Virus record (IMG/VR): IMGVR_UViG_2870495154_000004
Coordinates: 1-51,251 of that record
From: a virus
Taxonomy: Duplodnaviria; Heunggongvirae; Uroviricota; Caudoviricetes
Direction: 5' to 3' (one strand)
Length of the DNA: 51,251 nt
Position 1 is the stretch's first letter; each line of letters opens with the position of its first letter. The position numbers and the translations under genes were made by a program. The notes under the pieces were generated by a model. The model had not been told where the DNA came from and ran no database searches. It saw only the letters and a program-made list of their open reading frames with translations. This document shows, piece after piece, positions 43,990-51,251 of this stretch.

Positions 43990-44616
43990 ATGGAAACGGT
44001 TGGTCAGCGTATAAAAGCTCTGAGAAGAGTTACCAGAACGTCCCAGAAAGAATTGGGTAAATTTTGTGGAGTAAGCGACGTTGCTGTGGGGTACTGGGAG
44101 AAAGACATCAATACCCCTGGCGGGGAGGCACTTTCGAAATTAGCGAAGTTCTTCAATACGTCAATAGATTACATTCTTTACGGTGCTGAGTTTGAAGGCA
44201 AACTCGTCACAAACATGCGCAGAGTTCCTGTAATATCGTGGGTTCAGGCTGGGCAGTTTACTGAGTGCAGGGCAGCAGAAGTGTTTAGTGAAGTGGACAA
44301 GTGGGTAGATACATCATTAAAGGTTGGTGATAACTCATTTGCATTAGAGGTTAAAGGTGACTCCATGACTAACCCTAATGGCCTCCCAACAATACCAGAA
44401 GGCGCAACAGTGATTGTAGATCCAGATGCAGAACCTCGTCATGGAAAAATAGTCATCGCTCGACTTGATGGAACAAACGAAGCTACAGTAAAAAAATTAG
44501 TCATCGATGGCCCTCAAAAGTTTTTAGTGCCATTAAATCCTCGGTATCCCAACATCCCTATCAATGGTAATTGCCTTATCATTGGTGTAGTCAAAGGAGT
44601 TCAATACGAACTCTAA
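43990..44616 (+). CDS. cI: CI-type prophage repressor (HTH + S24 LexA-like peptidase)
   Basis: 208 aa; N-terminal HTH, C-terminal S24-like domain with GDSM serine motif. Confidence 0.85.
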   Translation: METVGQRIKALRRVTRTSQKELGKFCGVSDVAVGYWEKDINTPGGEALSKLAKFFNTSIDYILYGAEFEGKLVTNMRRVPVISWVQAGQFTECRAAEVFSEVDKWVDTSLKVGDNSFALEVKGDSMTNPNGLPTIPEGATVIVDPDAEPRHGKIVIARLDGTNEATVKKLVIDGPQKFLVPLNPRYPNIPINGNCLIIGVVKGVQYEL

Positions 44617-44669
44617 GACCTCTCTTCTCTAACTAAGGCACCGAACCAAGAAAAGTTTGGTGTTTTCTC

Positions 44670-44698
44670 TTGTCATGATAACTAAGTTAAGTTAGATT
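44670..44698 (+). promoter_or_regulatory. candidate pL/OL: TTGTCA -35, 17-bp spacer containing a third CTAAG-type operator, TAGATT -10
   Basis: operator CTAAGTTAAGTTAG at 44682-44695, same family as the OR sites, 66 bp after the cI stop. Confidence 0.4.
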
Positions 44699-44781
44699 TT
44701 ATATCAAAGATAACGAACAGGCAGGACGCCCACGAAGTAGCCGCCTGGGGCATATGAAGTCCAGGATGATTCGTTAGCAAC

Positions 44782-44804
44782 AAAAAAGCGCCCTACAGGA
44801 CGCT
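44782..44804 (-). terminator. rho-independent terminator for the minus-strand gene 44844-45335
   Basis: minus-strand hairpin AGCGTCC-TGTA-GGGCGCT followed by TTTTTT, 40 bp after the stop. Confidence 0.5.
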
Positions 44805-44843
44805 TAGCTCTTTAACAATCTGGATATCCACAACAGTAGTAAT

Positions 44844-45335
44844 CTACAGATTGCCGTTAAGTTTTCTGGACAACTCCTCAATGGATGGAGGCGATACGTA
44901 ATCCGGATTTTTATTCATCAGAAACTTATTTTCACAGTGGAGGCACCTGCTTTTATGAAAAAGCTCATCTTCGCTAACCGGGAATGGTTGAAGTATCGAT
45001 ACTATCTTTTGTCCAAAACATTTTGGGCAAAGATGCATGGTTATGCTGCCACCGTTCACGATTACCTCCTTCGAGTATACAAAAGTACCCGACTCAAGTT
45101 GGTTAAGGATATAGCCTTCCGTCTGAGCCTCAAAGTTTTCGAATTCTGCAATTTTAGCTTTGAGAGAAGCATTTATTTCTTGATAAGAGCCCACCAGTTC
45201 AACGAGAGACACGCATTCGCGCTGAATAGACGCAAGCTTTGAGTTCAGCTCACCAATAGCCGCATTTACTTCAGCTTGAGTTTTTGCCTCGTTCATTAGT
45301 TTTGCAATCTGGGCTGTTTCACGAATAGCCGTCAT
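44844..45335 (-). CDS. hypothetical coiled-coil protein with C-terminal CxxC...CxxC zinc-ribbon
   Basis: about 163 aa from MTAIRETAQIAKL; CPKCFGQK ... CLHCENKF; opposite strand to cI and the early-left genes. Confidence 0.45.
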   Translation of the reverse strand: MTAIRETAQIAKLMNEAKTQAEVNAAIGELNSKLASIQRECVSLVELVGSYQEINASLKAKIAEFENFEAQTEGYILNQLESGTFVYSKEVIVNGGSITMHLCPKCFGQKIVSILQPFPVSEDELFHKSRCLHCENKFLMNKNPDYVSPPSIEELSRKLNGNL

Positions 45336-45373
45336 TGCTGCCGTTAATTCAGCGATCACATTGAATACTCTTA

Positions 45374-45419
45374 TTGTTGTTGGGGATATCCAGATTAACC
45401 GAATCCTTGTTGTTGGGGA
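45374..45419. repeat. two 13-bp direct repeats TTGTTGTTGGGGA spaced 33 bp apart, upstream of the Zn-ribbon gene
   Basis: exact copies at 45374-45386 and 45407-45419. Confidence 0.5.
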
Positions 45420-45692
45420 ATAACCAGGTCCACCTCGCCTGATGTGGCTAAAAGCAGGCACATAACAGCTAAGTATTTTCAACCAGAGAGAATCCTTAGC
45501 GTTGTGGTGAATGCGGCTCAGCGCACGCGGGTTAAGGTTGAGGCTGACAGTCGACCTTCTGTGGATACCCACCCGCCTGGTGTGCAACCTTCGCCAGGCA
45601 CCGGGAGGCACCCGGCACCACAACTTTATGCTGTGTGTAGTCCTGGCGGTATCAGCTTGTACCCTTGCTTCCGGCTGGTACCGTCCTTTTTA

Positions 45693-45779
45693 CAAAACAG
45701 AGAAGAGTATCACCGGACGACGGGCTCATAACCCAATCCATCCGGGCGGCTGCCACCGCAGGTGTTCTTCTCTGTTTTG
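45693..45779 (+). ncRNA. structured element: 14-bp perfect inverted repeat enclosing two GC-rich hairpins (candidate cis-acting RNA)
   Basis: CAAAACAGAGAAGA (45693-45706) pairs with TCTTCTCTGTTTTG (45766-45779); internal hairpins CCGGAC...CCGGG and GCGG-CTGCCA-CCGC. Confidence 0.3.
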
Positions 45780-45828
45780 TGGAGAAACCAACCGACCTTG
45801 CAGGGTCGATATGATGGGGAGCAGCAAA

Positions 45829-46191
45829 ATGGCTAGCGAACGCAGTACTGATGTGCAGGCATTTATCGGGGAGCTGGACGGCGGCGTATTTGAAACCAAA
45901 ATCGGCGCAGTTCTCAGTGAAGTCGCTTCCGGTGTGATGAACACGAAAACCAAAGGTAAGGTCTCGCTCAACCTGGAAATCGAACCGTTTGATGAGAACC
46001 GTGTAAAAATCAAACACAAACTCTCATATGTTCGCCCGACTAACCGCGGGAAAATTTCCGAAGAAGACACCACCGAAACGCCGATGTATGTCAATCGCGG
46101 TGGTCGCCTGACTATTCTGCAGGAAGACCAGGGACAATTACTGACTCTTGCCGGTGAACCTGACGGAAAACTCCGCGCAGCAGGTCGTTAA
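45829..46191 (+). CDS. hypothetical early protein (YfdP-like)
   Basis: GGAG 7 nt upstream of ATG 45829; about 120 aa; first gene of the plus-strand early-left cluster. Confidence 0.5.
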   Translation: MASERSTDVQAFIGELDGGVFETKIGAVLSEVASGVMNTKTKGKVSLNLEIEPFDENRVKIKHKLSYVRPTNRGKISEEDTTETPMYVNRGGRLTILQEDQGQLLTLAGEPDGKLRAAGR

Positions 46192-46256
46192 TATCGTTTT
46201 TAATAAACTGATTATTTATCTCATCACTGAATATCTTTATATAGTGAGGACTTATT

Positions 46257-47081
46257 ATGTCTCAGAACTTAGACGCAACCGCAATTAATCAAATCCATGC
46301 CCTTATTTCTGCTCAGGGTGTTAATGAAATTATCAGTAAGATTGGTGCCGATGCTGTGGCATTGCCTGAGAATTTCCGCATTCATGATCTGGAAAAATTT
46401 AATTTAAATCGCTTCCGTTTCCGTGGTGCGCTTTCCACTGCCAGCATCGATGACTTTACCCGTTATTCTAAAGATCTTGCAGATGAAGGCACCCGCTGCT
46501 TTATCGATGCTGATAATATGCGAGCCGTCAGTGTGCTTAACCTGGGTACTATTGATGAACCAGGTCACGCAGATAACACCGCCACTCTCAAACTGAAAAA
46601 GACAGCACCGTTCTCTGCCCTGTTGTCTGTTAACGGCGAGCGTAACTCCCAGAAGTCACTGGCAGAATGGATTGAAGACTGGGCCGACTACCTTGTGGGC
46701 TTTGATGCTAATGGTGACGCCATTCAGGCAACAAAAGCGGCTGCGGCGGTCCGTAAAATCACGATTGAAGCAAACCAGACCGCTGATTTTGAAGACAATG
46801 ACTTCAGCGGCAAACGCTCTCTGATGGAGTCTGTCGAAGCGAAAACCAAAGACATTATGCCAGTAGCATTTGAGTTTAAATGCGTTCCGTTTGAAGGCCT
46901 GAAAGAACGTCCGTTTAAATTACGCCTCAGCATTATCACTGGTGATCGCCCTGTACTGGTTCTGCGCATTATTCAGCTGGAAGCAGTGCAGGAAGAAATG
47001 GCTAACGAATTTCGTGATCTGCTTGTTGAAAAATTCAAAGACAGCAAAGTAGAAACCTTTATTGGTACTTTCACCGCCTGA
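46257..47081 (+). CDS. DUF2303-type protein (YfdQ-like)
   Basis: 274-aa ORF with strong SD; size and position match YfdQ-type prophage proteins. Confidence 0.5.
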   Translation: MSQNLDATAINQIHALISAQGVNEIISKIGADAVALPENFRIHDLEKFNLNRFRFRGALSTASIDDFTRYSKDLADEGTRCFIDADNMRAVSVLNLGTIDEPGHADNTATLKLKKTAPFSALLSVNGERNSQKSLAEWIEDWADYLVGFDANGDAIQATKAAAAVRKITIEANQTADFEDNDFSGKRSLMESVEAKTKDIMPVAFEFKCVPFEGLKERPFKLRLSIITGDRPVLVLRIIQLEAVQEEMANEFRDLLVEKFKDSKVETFIGTFTA

Positions 47082-47208
47082 TTTCATTACTGCAAATGCC
47101 CCTGCGGGGGCATTTATGGAAACGTAATTAACTCAATAATCGCCTGATGGCGAGGGTTTTCTTTAACCAAAATTCAGCGCGGTGCAGCGCATATACGTGG
47201 AGAACAAA

Positions 47209-47745
47209 ATGTCATTTATTAAAACTTTTTCCGGGAAGCATTTTTATTATGACAGGATAAATAAAGACGACATCGATATTAACGATATCGCGGTTTCCCT
47301 TTCAAATATCTGTCGCTTTGCCGGTCATCTTTCGCACTTCTACAGCGTCGCCCAACATGCGGTTCTTTGCAGCCAGCTGGTGCCGCAGGAATTTGCTTTT
47401 GAAGCGTTAATGCATGATGCAACAGAAGCGTATTGCCAGGACATTCCCGCACCACTGAAACGCCTTCTTCCTGACTATAAACAAATGGAAGAAAAAATAG
47501 ACGCCGTAATCCGTGAGAAATACGGGTTACCCCCAGTTATGAGTACGCCCGTGAAATATGCCGATCTCATCATGCTGGCAACCGAACGCCGCGATCTCGG
47601 GCTTGATGATGGCTCTTTCTGGCCTGTACTGGAAGGTATCCCGGCAACAGAGATGTTCAACGTGATTCCACTGGCACCGGGCCATGCCTACGGGATGTTT
47701 ATGGAACGCTTTAACGAGTTATCGGAGTTACGCAAATGCGCATGA
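47209..47745 (+). CDS. HD-domain phosphohydrolase (YfdR-like 5'-deoxynucleotidase family)
   Basis: H...HD metal-binding signature (VAQHAVL ... LMHDATEAY); GGAGA SD before ATG 47209. Confidence 0.65.
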   Translation: MSFIKTFSGKHFYYDRINKDDIDINDIAVSLSNICRFAGHLSHFYSVAQHAVLCSQLVPQEFAFEALMHDATEAYCQDIPAPLKRLLPDYKQMEEKIDAVIREKYGLPPVMSTPVKYADLIMLATERRDLGLDDGSFWPVLEGIPATEMFNVIPLAPGHAYGMFMERFNELSELRKCA

Positions 47746-48098
47746 ATGTTTTCGAAATGGAAGGGTTTCTTCGTGGGAGATGTGTACCGCGAGATCTGAA
47801 AGTAAATGAAACAGATGCTGAATACCTGGTGCGTAAATTCGATGCGCTTGAAGCTAAATGTGCAGCACAGGAAAACAAAGTAATACCAGTGTCAACTGAA
47901 CTGCCACCAGCAAATGAAAGTGTTTTGTTATTCGATGCTAACGGAGAAGGCTGGCTAATTGGCTGGCGTTCTCTCTGGTACACCTGGGGACAAAAAGAAA
48001 CCGGAGAATGGCAGTGGACATTTCAGGTCGGGGACCTTGAAAACGTCAATATCACTCACTGGGCAGTAATGCCAAAAGCACCGGAGGCTGGAGCATAA
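47736..48098 (+). CDS. DUF551-like small protein (YfdS-like)
   Basis: 120-aa Trp-rich ORF overlapping the upstream stop. Confidence 0.45.
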   Translation: MRMNVFEMEGFLRGRCVPRDLKVNETDAEYLVRKFDALEAKCAAQENKVIPVSTELPPANESVLLFDANGEGWLIGWRSLWYTWGQKETGEWQWTFQVGDLENVNITHWAVMPKAPEAGA

Positions 48099-48403
48099 TG
48101 ACCACTTTTACCGACAAAGAACTGATTAAAGAAATTAAAGAGCGTATCAGCAGCCTTGACGTGCGAGACGATATTGAGCGCTGTGCTTATGAAATCGCAC
48201 TCCTATCTCTGGAAGTAGAACCAGATGAACGCGAAGCTTATGAATTATTCATGGAAAAGCGTTTCGGTGACTTAGTAGATCGTCGGAGAGCAAAAAACGG
48301 CGATAACGAATACATGGCATGGGATATGACTCTCGGTTGGATCGTCTGGCAGCAACGAGCTGGTATCCATTTTTCAACAATGTCACAGCAAGAGGTGAAA
48401 TAA
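48098..48403 (+). CDS. hypothetical early protein
   Basis: 101-aa acidic ORF; stop overlaps xis start (TAATG). Confidence 0.45.
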   Translation: MTTFTDKELIKEIKERISSLDVRDDIERCAYEIALLSLEVEPDEREAYELFMEKRFGDLVDRRRAKNGDNEYMAWDMTLGWIVWQQRAGIHFSTMSQQEVK

Positions 48404-48753
48404 TGGAGCCATACAGCCTCACACTCGATGAGGCCTGTCATTTTCTCAAGATATCCAGACCGACTGCCATTAACTGGATACGCACAGGGCGTCTTCAGGC
48501 AACACGCAAAGATCCCACTAAGAATAAATCTCCTTACCTCACAACACGACAAGCCTGCATTGCGGCTCTTCAGTCTCCGCTGCATACTGTCCAGGTGAGC
48601 GCGGGTGATGGCATAACAGAGGAAAGAAAATGTCACTCTTCCGCAGAGGTGAAATATGGTACGCCAGTTTCACATTGCCGAACGGTAAAAGATTTAAACA
48701 GTCTCTTGGAACAAAGGACAAAAGGCAGGCGACAGAACTCCATGACAAGCTAA
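48403..48753 (+). CDS. xis: excisionase (P22 Xis-like HTH)
   Basis: [33 protein letters not shown] directly upstream of and overlapping int. Confidence 0.7.
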   Translation: MEPYSLTLDEACHFLKISRPTAINWIRTGRLQATRKDPTKNKSPYLTTRQACIAALQSPLHTVQVSAGDGITEERKCHSSAEVKYGTPVSHCRTVKDLNSLLEQRTKGRRQNSMTS

Positions 48754-49793
48754 AGGCTGAAGCATGGCGGGTCAGCAAACTTGGTGAAATACCTGATATA
48801 ACGTTCGAGGAAGCGTGTATCAGGTGGCTTGAAGAGAAAGCACATAAAAAATCACTGGACGATGACAAAAGCCGGATCGGATTCTGGCTTCAACATTTCG
48901 CAGGAATGCAACTAAGAGACATTACTGAATCAAAAATTTATTCAGCAATGCAGAAAATGACGAACCGGCGTCATGAGGAAAACTGGAAACTCAGGACAGA
49001 AGCATGCAGAAAAAAAGGGAAACCTGTTCCAGAATACACGCCAAAACCAGCGTCCGTTGCAACGAAGGCTACGCATCTTTCATTTATAAAAGCCCTACTA
49101 AGAGCCGCAGAGCGTGAATGGAAAATGCTGGATAAGGCACCAATTATTAAAGTGCCTCAACCAAAGAATAAACGGATCCGCTGGCTGGAGCCCCATGAAG
49201 CACAAAGGCTGATTGATGAATGTCCGGAGCCATTAAAGTCTGTTGTTGAATTTGCACTGGCAACAGGCTTAAGACGCTCGAACATCATCAACCTTGAATG
49301 GCAACAAATAGACATGCAGCGCCGGGTGGCATGGATAAACCCGGAAGAGAGTAAATCAAACCGCGCAATTGGCGTTGCGCTGAATGATACTGCATGTCGC
49401 GTTTTGAAAAAACAAATCGGGAATCATCACCGTTGGGTATTTGTGTACAAGGAAAGCTGTACCAAACCAGACGGAACGAAAGCGCCAACAGTAAGGAAGA
49501 TGCGGTATGACGCAAACACAGCCTGGAAAGCGGCGCTGAGACGGGCTGGTATTGATGATTTCAGATTTCACGACTTGAGACACACCTGGGCAAGTTGGCT
49601 GGTTCAAGCCGGAGTCCCGTTGTCAGTGTTACAGGAAATGGGAGGCTGGGAGTCTATCGAAATGGTTCGTCGATATGCTCACCTTGCACCTAATCACCTT
49701 ACCGAACACGCACGGCAAATAGACTCGATCCTGAACCCATCGGTCCCAAATTCGTCCCAGTCAAAAAATAAGGAAGGTACTAATGATGTGTAA
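48630..49793 (+). CDS. int: tyrosine integrase, P22 Int-like, thrW-specific
   Basis: 387 aa; arm-binding N-terminus and catalytic HDLRHTWAS...VRRYAH; stop codon is the first 3 nt of the att core. Confidence 0.9.
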   Translation: MSLFRRGEIWYASFTLPNGKRFKQSLGTKDKRQATELHDKLKAEAWRVSKLGEIPDITFEEACIRWLEEKAHKKSLDDDKSRIGFWLQHFAGMQLRDITESKIYSAMQKMTNRRHEENWKLRTEACRKKGKPVPEYTPKPASVATKATHLSFIKALLRAAEREWKMLDKAPIIKVPQPKNKRIRWLEPHEAQRLIDECPEPLKSVVEFALATGLRRSNIINLEWQQIDMQRRVAWINPEESKSNRAIGVALNDTACRVLKKQIGNHHRWVFVYKESCTKPDGTKAPTVRKMRYDANTAWKAALRRAGIDDFRFHDLRHTWASWLVQAGVPLSVLQEMGGWESIEMVRRYAHLAPNHLTEHARQIDSILNPSVPNSSQSKNKEGTNDV

Positions 49794-49853
49794 CTTATTG
49801 ATTTAAATGGTGCCGATAATAGGAGTCGAACCTACGACCTTCGCATTACGAAT
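49791..49853. repeat. att core copy adjacent to int, overlapping the 3' 46 nt of thrW
   Basis: exact 63-bp direct repeat of 3532-3594. Confidence 0.85.
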
Positions 49854-49883
49854 GCGCTGCTCTACCAACTGAGCTATATCGGC
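49808..49883 (-). tRNA. thrW: tRNA-Thr (anticodon CGU)
   Basis: 76-nt cloverleaf ending CCA; anticodon loop TTCGTAA; next to proA. Confidence 0.9.
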
Positions 49884-49997
49884 CCTGAAAGGACATGTTC
49901 ACGAACGTGAATCACGGTGGGCAAGGTTAAAACTAACCGGGCGATGCGTCAATGGCCTTGTGAATCAAATGGCTACTTTTGCATCACCCGGTTTTAT

Positions 49998-51251
49998 TTA
50001 CGCACGAATGGTGTAATCACCAATGCCGATCCACTTGTAAGTGGTCAGTGCTTCCAGCCCCATTGGGCCACGCGCGTGGAGTTTTTGTGTGCTTACCGCC
50101 ACTTCCGCACCCAGACCAAACTGGCCGCCGTCGGTAAAACGCGTAGAGGCGTTAACGTAAACAGCGGACGAATCCACTTCGTTAACAAAACGCTGGGCGT
50201 TGCGCATATCGCGGGTCAGGATCGCATCGGAGTGTTGTGTGCCGTGTTCACGAATATGGGCGATGGCATCGTCAAGATCGCTGACGATTTTGACGTTCAA
50301 ATCTAATGACAGAAACTCATCGTCATACTCTTCGGCTTTAACAGCAACCACCTTCGCAGGGCCTGCCTGCAACTGCGCCAGTGCAGCTGCATCTGCGTGT
50401 AATGTCACGCCGCTTTCCGCCATTTGTTTGCTTAATGCGGGCAGGAAGCTATCGGCGATGTTTTTATTCACCAGCAACGTTTCAACCGTATTACATGTGC
50501 TCGGACGCTGAGTTTTCGCGTTGACGATCACTTTTAATGCTTCAGCGATCTCTACACTTTCATCAACGTAAATATGGCATACGCCTATACCACCTGTGAT
50601 CACCGGGATTGTCGACTGTTCACGGCACAGTTTATGCAAACCAGCGCCACCACGCGGGATCAGCATGTCGATGTATTTATCCATACGCAGCATTTCACTG
50701 ACCAGCGCACGGTCAGGATTATCAATCGCCTGCACGGCACCCGCCGGTAAGCCGCAGGATTTCAGGGCGTCCTGAATCACCGCCACCGTTGCAGCGTTAG
50801 TGCGACACGTTTCTTTGCCACCGCGCAGGATCACCGCATTACCGGTTTTCAGGCACAGCGAAGCGACATCAACCGTCACGTTCGGGCGCGCTTCATAAAT
50901 CACGCCAATAACCCCCAGCGGTACGCGACGACGCTCAAGACGCAGGCCGCTGTCCAGTACGCCGCCATCGATTACCTGCCCCACCGGATCGGCGAGGTTG
51001 CACACCTGACGTACATCGTCGGCAATGCCTTTCAGCCGTGCGGGCGTCAGTGCCAGACGGTCAAGCATCGCTTCGCTAAGGCCATTGGCTCGCGCGTCAG
51101 CAACATCCTGGGCGTTAGCGTTGAGGATGATTTCGCTTTGTGCTTCCAGTTCATCGGCGATTTTTTCCAGCACGCGATTTTTTTCGCGGCTGGAGAGTTG
51201 CGCTAATTTATACGAGGCTTGCTTCGCGGCAATGCCCATTTGTTCCAGCAT
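49998..51251 (-). CDS. proA: gamma-glutamyl phosphate reductase
   Basis: 417 aa, ProA-like along the whole length; start codon at the window edge. Confidence 0.95.

Overview
This window is an enterobacterial (E. coli-like) chromosome segment. At the right end sit proA and tRNA-Thr(CGU) thrW, both on the minus strand. A mosaic lambdoid prophage of about 46.2 kb is integrated into the 3' end of thrW and is bounded by 63-bp direct repeats at 3532-3594 and 49791-49853. It combines a P22-type int/xis, a lambda-type cos/head/tail module (Nu1 through J, lom, stf), a phage-21-type lysis cassette, a phage-82-type Q, and an O-like replication gene with in-gene iterons. The most interesting cargo is accessory. 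Between the tail fibre and the left att copy there is an FRG-domain gene followed by a PD-(D/E)xK nuclease-like gene, then an AT-rich gene with a HEPN-like Rx4H motif, then a decayed Pin invertase with an orphan gix-like site. Elsewhere there is a NYN-domain gene inserted antisense just downstream of Q, a Zn-ribbon gene with its own promoter region and terminator beside cI, and a LexA DNA-binding-domain-only protein. Left of the prophage (1-3531) is AT-rich flanking DNA with an AlpA-like gene, a 543-aa unknown ORF and an amber-interrupted ORF. All homology calls rest on reading motifs and on remembered reference proteins; no database search was run.
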